NCBI GenBank assembly: GCA_963765765.1
Contig: CAVXYC010000010.1
Location: forward strand, 1-64,000
Reading direction: 5' to 3'
Length of the DNA stretch: 64,000 nucleotides
From: an uncultured Chloroflexia bacterium
GTDB lineage: Bacteria > Chloroflexota > UBA6077 > JACCZL01
Below, in pieces: positions 43,790-53,261 of this stretch. The position numbers and the translations under genes are program-made. The notes beneath the pieces were generated by a model, which was not told where the DNA came from, searched no databases, and worked only from the letters and a program-made list of their open reading frames with translations. Positions within the stretch are counted from its first letter, which is position 1. Each line of letters starts with the position of its first letter.

Positions 43790-45109
43790 ATGCTCACGCG
43801 TGAAGAGAATGATCTATTAACGCGAATCGGTCCCGGTACCCCGATGGGGGACATGATGAGGCGCTACTGGCTTCCGGCCGCGCTTTCAAGCGAGATCGCT
43901 GAGCCAGACGGAACACCGAAGCGAGTTCGTTTGCTCGGCGAGAACCTGGTTGCGTTTCGAGATTCATCCGGGCCAGCCGGCGTTATGGACGAGCTCTGTC
44001 CGCATCGTGGCGCATCGTTGGTTCTCGCGCGAAACGAGAACAACGCGCTCCAGTGCCTCTATCACGGCTGGAGAATTGCCGCGGACGGTGAAATCCTGGA
44101 GACTCCGTGCGAGCCAGAAGATAGCGACTTCAAAGATCGGATTCGCCATGTAGCATTCCCGGTCCGAGAGTTTGGTGGCATGGTCTGGGTCTACATGGGC
44201 CCTCCCGGGACAGTGCCCGAGGAGCCGCGATTTGCCTGGACGGAGCTGCCTCCAGAAAACGTCTCGCTCATCAAGATGCGTATCGAGTGCAACTGGGCTC
44301 AAGGCCTGGAGGGGGTTATCGATTCCGCTCATTCAAACTTTCTGCATTCGAGTGAGATCGTTCCCTCGGCCGCCGCGTCGTCGCTCGGCGGCGCGTCTAT
44401 CTTTCGCAATTCGGACGAGACGCGGCAGCTCGATCGGCCTTCGAATGATGGACGCCCTCGTATGGAGACGCAGGACACTTCGTACGGCTTTCGCTACGCG
44501 GCGATTCGGAAACCTATGCGGGATGCCGATAAGAACAAGTACATCCGCGTGAGCTTGTTCGCAGCGCCGTTCTACGGTTTCTTCCCGACGCCTGATGGCT
44601 TTGGCGCGATGCAGGCCTTTGTGCCGGTGGATGACGAGACGACTCATTTCTACTTCGCCCAGTATTCGCTTAGCGGTCCGGTAGATAAGGAAAACTATGC
44701 CTACCGATCGGGTGCCAGAATGGGCATTGACCTGGACGAAGACTTCCGCAAGATCCGCACGGTGGAGAACAACTTCCTGCAGGATCGTGAGCTGATGAAG
44801 AGCGGCAAGAGCTTCTCCGGCATTTTTGGCGTGAACGTCCAGGACATGGCCGTTCAGGAGAGCATGGGCAAAATCTACGATCGTACGCGTGAGCACCTTG
44901 GCGTCAGCGATGTCGCGGTGATTCGCTTCCGACGCATCATGCTGGACGCGGCTCGAAAATTTGCCGAGAGTGGCCAGACCCCGCCGTCGCTACAGGGTGG
45001 CGTGCCTTACGGGCAGCTCCGAGCTCAGGAGAAGATCATCCCAATTCAGGACTCCTGGTTGCCGGTCGGCGCGTTCGCCGGCGAGCTGACCGAGGTCGGT
45101 GGTCGCTGA
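43790..45109 (+). CDS. Rieske oxygenase alpha subunit 3
   Basis: CPHRG...CLYHGW; EGVIDSAHSNFLH; QDMAVQE; EHLGVSD. Confidence 0.95.
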   Translation: MLTREENDLLTRIGPGTPMGDMMRRYWLPAALSSEIAEPDGTPKRVRLLGENLVAFRDSSGPAGVMDELCPHRGASLVLARNENNALQCLYHGWRIAADGEILETPCEPEDSDFKDRIRHVAFPVREFGGMVWVYMGPPGTVPEEPRFAWTELPPENVSLIKMRIECNWAQGLEGVIDSAHSNFLHSSEIVPSAAASSLGGASIFRNSDETRQLDRPSNDGRPRMETQDTSYGFRYAAIRKPMRDADKNKYIRVSLFAAPFYGFFPTPDGFGAMQAFVPVDDETTHFYFAQYSLSGPVDKENYAYRSGARMGIDLDEDFRKIRTVENNFLQDRELMKSGKSFSGIFGVNVQDMAVQESMGKIYDRTREHLGVSDVAVIRFRRIMLDAARKFAESGQTPPSLQGGVPYGQLRAQEKIIPIQDSWLPVGAFAGELTEVGGR

Positions 45110-45114
45110 GCGGC

Positions 45115-45360
45115 ATGTCGAAAGCCGAGAGCGCCGCTGTTCCCTCAATCGCAGAACTACTCGACCGCACGCGCGAGCTTATCGTCGATGCGTGGGACCG
45201 AAACGAGCGGCCCGAGTATCTACTGGTGAATCCTTCGGTGTACGAGGCAGTGCTGGCAGCCAAAGCGCGCGAGTACCACTTCGGCCGTCCGATACGGCTA
45301 CTGGGCCTTCTGGTGGTGAGCTCGCCGGATGTGGCGGTCGATTCCGCGCAGGTGGCGTAG
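45115..45360 (+). CDS. Small protein resembling an isolated HK97 capsid A-domain (family 4 encapsulin/DUF1884-like)
   Basis: Starts 5 nt after the Rieske stop; helix, PEYLLVNPSVYEAV, then GRPIRLLGLLVVSSPDV; fold assignment by eye only. Confidence 0.55.
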   Translation: MSKAESAAVPSIAELLDRTRELIVDAWDRNERPEYLLVNPSVYEAVLAAKAREYHFGRPIRLLGLLVVSSPDVAVDSAQVA

Positions 45361-45377
45361 GATCGCCTCGATTTCAA

Positions 45378-45472
45378 CTCCCTAACCGACTCCCTTGCCC
45401 TTTGGGAGAGGGTTGGGGCGAGGGGCCCGAGATGGGGAAATGCATCTACCCTCTCCAAAAGGGCGAGGGAGC
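45378..45472. repeat. REP-like element (GGGAGAGGG/CCCTCTCC type)
   Basis: TCCCTTGCCCTTTGGGAGAGGGT ... ACCCTCTCCAAAAGGGCGAGGGA. Confidence 0.7.
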
Positions 45473-45490
45473 CGGCTAGGAGTTTGCATC

Positions 45491-46252
45491 ATGCGTCTAC
45501 AAGGCAAAGTCATCATCGTCACCGGCGGCGGCAAAGGACTTGGACGGGTCTATTCAAAGGGCCTTGTGGCAGAGGGCGCAACAGTTGTCATTGCTGAGAT
45601 CGATGCGAAGGCCTCAGCCCGCACGGCCGACGAGATCAAGTCAGATGGCGGCAACGTGCGTTCAATCCCAACGGACGTCTCGAGCCTCGAGAGTGTTCGG
45701 GCACTGGTCGATCAAACCGTGAGCGAATTCGACCGCATCGATGTCCTGGTGAACAACGCTGCGCTCTTTGCGGACCTTCCAAGCCGTCCGTGGCAGGAGA
45801 TCACACCCGATGAATGGGACCAGGTGATGTCGGTCAATATGCGCGGCGTCTTCCTGTGCTGCCAGGCGGTCATCCCCGTGATGGCGCGCAACGGCGGCGG
45901 CAGCATTGTAAACGTGTCCTCCAGCACCATCATCAATGGCGGTCGCGGCTCCATCCACTACACCGCCTCAAAAGCGGGCGTGATGGGCATCACCCGATCG
46001 TTTGCCAGGCAAGTCGGCGACCTCGGCGTGCGGGTCAATACCCTCGCGCCCGGCGGCACCGCCAGCGACACCCTCATGGCAGCGCATGACAACGATCCCT
46101 CATTTTTCGATCGAAACGTGCCCTTGCGGAGCATCAAGCGCTGGGAGCAGCCTGAAGATTTGTTGGGCACGATCATCTTCCTCGCCTCAGACGACAGTGC
46201 CTTCCTGACAGGCCAGATGATCGTGGTGGACGGCGGCAAGGACTTCCACTAA
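45491..46252 (+). CDS. SDR family oxidoreductase
   Basis: TGGGKGLG, NNAA, YTASK, RVNTLAPG, VVDGG. Confidence 0.95.
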   Translation: MRLQGKVIIVTGGGKGLGRVYSKGLVAEGATVVIAEIDAKASARTADEIKSDGGNVRSIPTDVSSLESVRALVDQTVSEFDRIDVLVNNAALFADLPSRPWQEITPDEWDQVMSVNMRGVFLCCQAVIPVMARNGGGSIVNVSSSTIINGGRGSIHYTASKAGVMGITRSFARQVGDLGVRVNTLAPGGTASDTLMAAHDNDPSFFDRNVPLRSIKRWEQPEDLLGTIIFLASDDSAFLTGQMIVVDGGKDFH

Positions 46253-46709
46253 GTCCCCAAGAGGCGCCCGCTTCGCCGTTGACGGGATAGTAGATAGAGC
46301 CATCCGAAATGTCACCCATCCCCTTCGGGCCTTCTACGCGCACCTTGGAAAGCGGGAGCTGCTGCGACTTTCTTCCGGCTGGGGCTACCAGATATTTAAA
46401 TGCATCGGAATTCGCCGCTGAACCGAGACGCCTTGCAGGTCGGCGAAGTGCGCCCGGGAATGGTTCGGATGCGGGCCGAGGGAAATAATCCGTCGGGAAC
46501 TCCCGCCGCTATTGCAAAGCTCCAAGCGACCCAGCGAAAGCGTGCTGTGGCTCGGACGGAATGGGAGCTATCTCATCCAGAGGAGCAGCACTCGGCAGAA
46601 GAGTTCGGGCGAGAGCCAATCACCAACTACCCCTCTGCGGTCGGTTCAGCGGTAAAGCCACCCTTGACGCCGCGTAGTCCTCAAGACAAGTTACAAGCAG
46701 CTTGACACC

Positions 46710-46968
46710 CTAGCTACTGCGGACACGGTCCGGACAGGTGTCCGCAACGGACTTGTGGTTCGCCAGCTTGGAACGAAGCCAGCGGAACATCCTGGTGGAA
46801 TCATCGTCCGTGTGTCCCGCAGCCCGATACTCCGCTCGGAGTCTGTCTAAGATGGGAGCCGCGGCCAATCGTAGTTCTCCGACAGCCTCGTCCGACGGAC
46901 GACGCTCAACGGTGCCAAGCGCCACCCGGAATTGCTCGATCTGTTCGTATCTGACCTGGTTGTTCATC
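46710..46968 (-). CDS. Hypothetical protein
   Basis: Helical, protein-like ORF (..ILDRLRAEYRAAGHTDDDSTRMFRWLRS); no family recognised. Confidence 0.4.
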
Positions 46969-47428
46969 ATAAACCTGCTCAGAGTCACCATCGAACAGCG
47001 CGGGCCGGCCGGCGCTGTTCGATGGTGAGCGTGGATCAATGTCGTGGTGACGAGCCGGTCGCCCTGCTACGACCACGAGAGTGGCTACCTCTTCGTCTCT
47101 TGGGCGGATCTACTCGCCGGTAGAAGTCGTTCGGTCGACTTGTCGTGCCATTATACATAGGTTCCCCGTGTAGATATACATGCTCGTGAGTGCACCGCCT
47201 TCGTTGCATGACTACTGCGGCACACCGGCGAAGCGGCTGACTCCGCGGCATGAGCGCGTGCCGATTGCGGGAGCGATCTGAGCGATAGCAGCTCGATAGC
47301 GAGCCACCGGGGCTCGACTCTTTCAATGCAGCCAGCGAGCAGGACCAGGGGACGGTGGCTCCCTTTGCGATCCGAAGCGGCGGAGAGCGCATCCGCCTGG
47401 ATAACCGACTGAGACTGGACCGGGCGTG

Positions 47429-48103
47429 TTAGTCGAACAGTCCCAATCGCGCCGCCCGAGCCACCGCTTCCAGGCGGGAATGCGCGTCGAGTTTCGCCAG
47501 CACCGCCGCGATGTGTGTCTGAATGGTGGTTCGACCCAGCACCAGCCGGTCGGCGATCCTCTGGTTATCACATCCTTCCGCCACGAGACGGAGGACCTCG
47601 ATCTCGCGGGCAGTCAGACGTTCCGCGAGCTCTTTGTCCGCATCCCGCCGCCGCCGATCACGAAGGGCCGCGGTGACGCGCGTCATGACCGCGGGAGGCA
47701 TGAGTACTTCCCCTCGTGCCGCCTGGCGCACCGCTTCCACCACCGTATGCAACCCGGATTGCTTGAGCAGCACGCCGCTCGCCCCGGCTTCGACCGCATC
47801 CAGGAGGACCTGGTCCGAATCGTCTCGGGTCAGCATCACCACCCGGATGTCCGGAAATTCTGTCGTCACGGCAAACGCCACCGCGACACCCGTCATATCT
47901 GGAAGGTGGTGCTCCATGAGAATGAGGTCCGGGCGCATCGAACCGACGACTGCGAGAGCGTCGGCGCCGGTCAGGGCGATACCCCCGAGGTCGATGTCAG
48001 AGTCGGGCCCCCACATCGTCGCGAGGAGGTCCGCCAGAACGACATCGTCGTCCACGATCATGACGCACGTGCGCTGATGACTGGTCAAATTTGGCTCTTT
48101 CAT
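47429..48103 (-). CDS. NarL/LuxR-family response regulator (atypical receiver)
   Basis: IVDDD, PDLILME, VMLT, LLK, LTAREIEVL, NQRIA, SRLEAV. Confidence 0.93.
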   Translation of the reverse strand: MKEPNLTSHQRTCVMIVDDDVVLADLLATMWGPDSDIDLGGIALTGADALAVVGSMRPDLILMEHHLPDMTGVAVAFAVTTEFPDIRVVMLTRDDSDQVLLDAVEAGASGVLLKQSGLHTVVEAVRQAARGEVLMPPAVMTRVTAALRDRRRRDADKELAERLTAREIEVLRLVAEGCDNQRIADRLVLGRTTIQTHIAAVLAKLDAHSRLEAVARAARLGLFD

Positions 48104-48765
48104 TGGGGAACGAGCTGATGGGGATCAACGGAAGCGGTCGGTGGATGGGGCACCGTGTTCGAGCTGGGTCTCGGCCCGGAGGCGACCACCATGAAGCGCG
48201 GCGACCTGGCGGACACCGGTAGGAGTAGCCCAATTGCCATCGGAGATCATTCGGAACTGGGGGAGTCGCTGCGTCCGGCTCAGCGCTCGGCGGGCGTTGA
48301 CCACGCCTGAGCAGCCAATTGCGCCGCCAGAAGGGGTCTGCCACCAATGGACTCGATGTGGCTTGGGATCTATCTGCGAGAGAAATGCGGCGGCATTCTA
48401 CAGAAAGATTCACTCCTAACAACGACCCATTCTTAGATACTACACTCCGAGAGCCGTCTTGGGAACGTGTATATGGACATAACCCCGGACGTTCTAGGGT
48501 CTGATCGGTGTTCCAAGTTGCACCGGTCGCTGTCTAAGCCGGAGGCTCTCTCCGCGGAGCGTCACGCTGAAACGGCTACCCGGGTCCTCACCATCACTCG
48601 CCGCGCTGAGGTACCGCGGCTCGTCTCGACCACCGCCCAGCCCTCGCTCGCGGGCGAGCTCAAGCGAGGCCCGCTTCCGCAGCGTGCGGATCGGGCAGCA
48701 GGCGGCCTTGACCGCTTTCGGAGCGTGGCGCGGGACGGTTCAAGCGAAGGAGCGAGTGCTAGCGC

Positions 48766-48891
48766 TCAGATGCGTCGCGTGACTTGCGAAACACGACCGC
48801 GGTTCATTCGCCAGATTCGGAAATTCAGCGCGAACGCGAAGCTCACCCAGGCAAAGTAGGGCGCAAAGAGCCAGGTAGCGACACGCCAGGC
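48766..48891 (-). pseudogene. TspO/MBR family C-terminal fragment
   Basis: ATWLFAPYFAWVSFAFALNFRIWRMN translated by hand; no N-terminal part upstream. Confidence 0.75.
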
Positions 48892-48965
48892 GGCCGAGCT
48901 CATCCAGTAGGCGCTTGGGCCCATCAGCGCCTAGTACGGGGCCGGGAATGAGATATCCGGGCATC

Positions 48966-49072
48966 ATTCGTTCCGATAACCCCCAATTATCGGAACGAAT
49001 CCGTGGCGAATTTCAACTGTAGGTTTTTTCGCTTGGTTCCAGATAATGGCTCATTACATGATTATCGGAACC
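48966..49072. other. Paired dif/res-like recombination-site palindromes
   Basis: ATTCGTTCCGATAA-7 nt-TTATCGGAACGAAT and GGTTCCAGATAA-15 nt-TTATCGGAACC. Confidence 0.55.
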
Positions 49073-49091
49073 CCCTACGTGAAAGCTTCTG

Positions 49092-49116
49092 TCACGTCAT
49101 ATCATCACGTCATATC
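49092..49116. repeat. 12-bp direct repeat (arm-type-like)
   Basis: TCACGTCATATC at 49092 and 49105. Confidence 0.6.
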
Positions 49117-49272
49117 GCGTCCTAGTTGACCACTTAGCTGACTCCATCGCGGATGCCTGTGAAGTACGATTGATGGACTTGCCGCTTACCGCGGAGCGAA
49201 TTCGAGCCGGACTGGCGGAAAGATCTGGAGCTCTCGCCGGAGTGGAGCGACGGTGAGACTCGGAGGTTCACG

Positions 49273-50211
49273 ATGAATGGTCTGATCGATTGGCACTCAC
49301 ACCACACCGCGCCAGAATACGCCGAGCATTGCATTTCACTCGGTCTCGGGTCACCCGGAGTAGATCCCGAAGATTCGACGGATTTCGTGGGTCGACGAGC
49401 GGCCATGGATGCTGCTGGCGTCGACCTTCAGCTTGTCAGTCAAACGGCCAGGGCGGGCGTCGATGCGCTCAGCGTCGAGGACGAGATGGCGCTCATCCGT
49501 ACTTCCAACGACGCCATCGCGGAGCGTATCGCCACGGCCCCTGATCGATTCATAGGCTCGGTCGCGGTGTCATTCCGAGACGTACCCGGATCAATCGCGG
49601 AGATCGACCGACTGCAGACTCGTGGCTTCCGCGCGGTCTTGATCTATCCACAGGTAGCGGGGCAGTTCCTGGCCGATCGCCCGGAATCACAGCCGCTCTT
49701 TGCCAGAATCGCCGAGCTGGGACTGCCCATCTTCATGCATGGTGGCGGCACCCGCGGCGCCTCGCCTGACATGGCGCATCTCGAAGATGAAGGCATGGGT
49801 GTGGCCGCCAGCATCTACGCCGACGCAGCCGTCACAGAATCCGTTGTCCGCCTCATCGCCGCCGGCACGTTCGACCGACATCCCAATCTCCGCATTGTCA
49901 TCCGCAGCGCTGGTGGTGGACTCCCACTGCTGCTCAAGAAGATGAGCTGGCGACACAAGGGGGAAGGCGAGTCCAAGAAGTACTCCGAGATGTTCCTGGA
50001 GCACTTCTTGATCGACTGCGCCAGCGTCAATGCACGCACGCTCGAGTTCTTCATCGATACGCTCGGCGAGCGAAGCGTTGTATTCGGCTCCGACTATTGC
50101 GGCGGGCTCGGCCCTCTGAGTCGCGCCATGCCAGTCATCAACGATCAATCCAGCCCCGAGCGCTATCGCACCATACTCAACCGGAATTCGCGCGAGCTGT
50201 TAGGCATCTAG
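49273..50211 (+). CDS. Amidohydrolase_2 family protein
   Basis: IDWHSH, MDAAGVD, PDRF, LPIFMH, FDRHPNLRIV, FGSDY. Confidence 0.9.
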   Translation: MNGLIDWHSHHTAPEYAEHCISLGLGSPGVDPEDSTDFVGRRAAMDAAGVDLQLVSQTARAGVDALSVEDEMALIRTSNDAIAERIATAPDRFIGSVAVSFRDVPGSIAEIDRLQTRGFRAVLIYPQVAGQFLADRPESQPLFARIAELGLPIFMHGGGTRGASPDMAHLEDEGMGVAASIYADAAVTESVVRLIAAGTFDRHPNLRIVIRSAGGGLPLLLKKMSWRHKGEGESKKYSEMFLEHFLIDCASVNARTLEFFIDTLGERSVVFGSDYCGGLGPLSRAMPVINDQSSPERYRTILNRNSRELLGI

Positions 50212-50240
50212 TCGCCCCAACGCGAAATCGGACCAATCCC

Positions 50241-50349
50241 CTGTAGCGCGGCGGTCTTGTGCCCCGCGCCGACGAACGCCATAGCCTCGAACACCGATAT
50301 TTGCCACGGATGTCGTCCGGGCGCGGGGCACAAGACCGCCGCGCTACAG
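50241..50349. repeat. GTAG-type REP doublet
   Basis: CTGTAGCGCGGCGGTCTTGTGCCCCGCGCC ... GGCGCGGGGCACAAGACCGCCGCGCTACAG. Confidence 0.85.
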
Positions 50350-50399
50350 AGGACACTAGATGTCCTTCATTCCGACTGTGCTTCGGTGGGACGTAGTCT

Positions 50400-50428
50400 T
50401 TGACTCATCGTTGGCAAAGCATCAGAAT
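50400..50428 (+). promoter_or_regulatory. Sigma70-type promoter
   Basis: TTGACT-17 nt-CAGAAT, GGAGG RBS downstream. Confidence 0.5.
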
Positions 50429-50460
50429 GCAGCGGGCAGGCAGGAATCTCGGAGGATGCT

Positions 50461-51901
50461 TTGACTACGCGCGAGTGTGACGTTCTGGTGATTGGCTACG
50501 GCGGCGCTGGGGCGTCAGCCGCCATCGAGGCGCACGATGTCGGCGCGGACGTCCTGGTGGTCGAGCGCGCTGCCGAGGGCGGTGGGAACACGCGCGATTC
50601 TGGTGGCAGCCTGCGAACGATCGTGGATGAGAAGCTCGCGGCCGACCACTTTGAGGCAGTTACCTATGGTTCCACTCCCCGCGACGTCATTGACGTCTTC
50701 GTACGGGGAATCGAGCCCATGCTCCAATGGCTTGTTGCGAATGGCGCCGAGCTGAGCTCCTGGGTTGGTATTGGTGGATTTCCGAGTCGGCGTCGAGACA
50801 CCGCGTATCCCGGCATTCCAGGTAGCGAGGGTTTGGGGCATCGCATGCGCGTCAAGCCGAAGGGCGATGAGGCTGGAGGCGGCCAGGCACTCTGGGACGT
50901 ACTCGATGACGCTGTAAGATCGCGCGGGATTCCCGTGCTGCACGAGGTGCGGGCCAGACGTCTCGTGCGTGATTCGGATGCACGCATCACGGGAGCGCGA
51001 CTGGAGACAGATGGTGGCCCCATGGAGGTGGTGGCGCGACGTGGAATCGTCCTGGCCTGCGGCGGTTACAGCTATTCCCCGGAGATGCAGAAGCAGTTCA
51101 TTGGAATGGAGCTTCCCGCGTTCGGGCCGCCCGGTCGAAAACGCCGGCGACGGCGTCAAGATGGCGCAGGACATCGGAGCCGATCTCTGGCACATGAACG
51201 CCGCCGCGGCCGTGTTTGGCTACATCGTCCCCGGACGTGAGGCTGCTTACCAGCATCGGATGCCCTCTCCCGGCTACATCTACGTGGATCATCATGGCGC
51301 TCGATTCGTTGATGAGGCTGGGCTGGATAACCACGCAATGGGAAAGATGCTGCTTCAGTTCGATCCCACGCGGGGCGAGTATCCGCGCATCCCAAGCTAC
51401 ATCGTGTTTGATGAAACGACGCGCCTTTCAGGGCCGGTGTGCCACATTCGCGGTGGCTATAACCGCCGCTTCGGCTGGAGCGCGGATAACTCAGAGGAGA
51501 TCGAGCGCGGCTGGATTCAGCGCGCCGAGACGGTTGCCGAGCTAGCTGAGCAAATCGGCCTTGACGGTGCAGTTCTGACGGCCACGGTGGAGAGATACAA
51601 CGAGCATTGCCGCGAGGGTGTCGATGCGGATTTCGGTCGTTCGGATGGCCTGGAAGAGCTGAAGTCGGCTCCTTTCTACGCAATCAAGGCCGAGCCATGC
51701 CTGCTAAACACCCAGGGTGGTCCACGACGAGATGCTCGAGCGCGAGTCTTGGATGTGTTCGGCGAACCAATTTCGGGGCTGTACGCGGCCGGTGAGCTGG
51801 GCTCTATCTGGAGCACGTTGTATCCCGGCTCTGGGAACATCAGTGAGGCGCTCGTCTTCGGACGTATTGCCGGCCGGGAGGCTGCGCAGCGGACCGATTA
51901 G
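50461..51901 (+). CDS. FAD-binding flavoprotein (fumarate reductase/3-ketosteroid dehydrogenase-like); frameshift near 51140
   Basis: VIGYGGAG, GGNT..SGG, LACGG, NAGDG, RFVDE, NTQGG, GLYAAGE, FGRIAG. Confidence 0.9.
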
Positions 51902-52075
51902 CGATCATCCTGGAGTGGCACGTTGGCACTACAATGGCCAGTGCGAATCGTCCATTTTCCGACTCAACACCTGACTTACTTTTCCTAAACGGGAGCTACG
52001 CGGAGGATTGCGGCGCACCCCGCTCTCGCTCGGATCGGCTGTTGAGCATGCTCGCATAACCGGAGGCACCTAGAC

Positions 52076-53230
52076 GTGGATTTCAGCTTTACGCCAGAGC
52101 AAGAGAGCATCCGACAGCTTGCGCGCGAATTTGCACGGGACCGTATCGCGCCGCTCGTCCAGACGTATGACCGCGAGGAGCGACTTCCTAAGGAGCTGGT
52201 CCAGGAAGCTGGCAAGCTCGGGCTCACTGGCGGTGTCGTGCCAGTTGAGTACGGCGGAGCTGGGCTCGACTACGTCACCATGACGATGGTCGTGGAAGAG
52301 ATCTCCAAGGTTTGCCACGTCATGGGCACGCTGGTCAGCTTTCCCAGCGGTCTGGCCGGTTCAGGACTGTTGCTCTATGGCTCGGAAGAGCAGAAGCAGC
52401 AATACCTCGCTCCGTTAGCCCGAGGCGAGATCATGGCCGGCGCCGGCGTGACCGAACCTGGATCGGGCACCGATGTCGCGGGGATGAAAACACGCGTCCG
52501 CAAAGAAGGCGGGGATTACATCCTCAGCGGCTCCAAGATGTGGATCTCCAACTTGCTCGATTCGAGCTGGTTCATCACATTCGCTCAGATGGACCCGGCC
52601 CTGAAGCATCGTGGGATATCGGCGTTCATCGTGCCGGCAGATGCACCAGGAGTTGAGGTACACCCGGTCAAGAACAAGACTGGCTTCCGTCCGTTGGCCA
52701 CGGGTGAGCTGGTGTTGAACGACGTTCGTCTCCCAAAGGAGCAGCTCGTAGGACAGGAAGGCGACGGGTTCAAGGTGGCCATGTGCGCCGTGGAGAATGG
52801 GCGCCTCGGTGTGGCAGCACGAGCGGTGGGTGTGCTCCAGGCTAGTCTTGACGAGTCCCTCAACTATGCGCGACAGCGCGAGACGTTTGGCCAGCCGATC
52901 GGGAAATATCAACTGGTCCAATCGCACATAACTGACATAGCCCTGGCGCTCGAAACATCGAGACTGCTCACCTACAAGCTCGCCTGGATCAAGGATCAGG
53001 GCAACGTTCGCGCGCGGCTCGCATCCTCAATGGCCAAGCTCCATGCTAGCGACCAGCTCATGCAAGCCACACTCAAGGCGGCGCAGATATTCGGTGCCTA
53101 CGCATGCTCGGATGAGTTCCCGGTAAGCCGCTATTTCCGAGATGCGAAATTCTTCCAGGTGGTCGAAGGCACCTCCGAGCTGCATCGCGTTCTCATCGCG
53201 GAGCACCTACTCGGGTACCGCAGCGAGTAG
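52076..53230 (+). CDS. Acyl-CoA dehydrogenase
   Basis: VPVEYGGAG, TEPGSGTD, GSKMWISN, RETFGQPI, SMAK, RYFRD, EGTSE. Confidence 0.96.
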   Translation: MDFSFTPEQESIRQLAREFARDRIAPLVQTYDREERLPKELVQEAGKLGLTGGVVPVEYGGAGLDYVTMTMVVEEISKVCHVMGTLVSFPSGLAGSGLLLYGSEEQKQQYLAPLARGEIMAGAGVTEPGSGTDVAGMKTRVRKEGGDYILSGSKMWISNLLDSSWFITFAQMDPALKHRGISAFIVPADAPGVEVHPVKNKTGFRPLATGELVLNDVRLPKEQLVGQEGDGFKVAMCAVENGRLGVAARAVGVLQASLDESLNYARQRETFGQPIGKYQLVQSHITDIALALETSRLLTYKLAWIKDQGNVRARLASSMAKLHASDQLMQATLKAAQIFGAYACSDEFPVSRYFRDAKFFQVVEGTSELHRVLIAEHLLGYRSE

Positions 53231-53261
53231 CTGTCTATTGGCATCTGGACGAAGTATAGCA

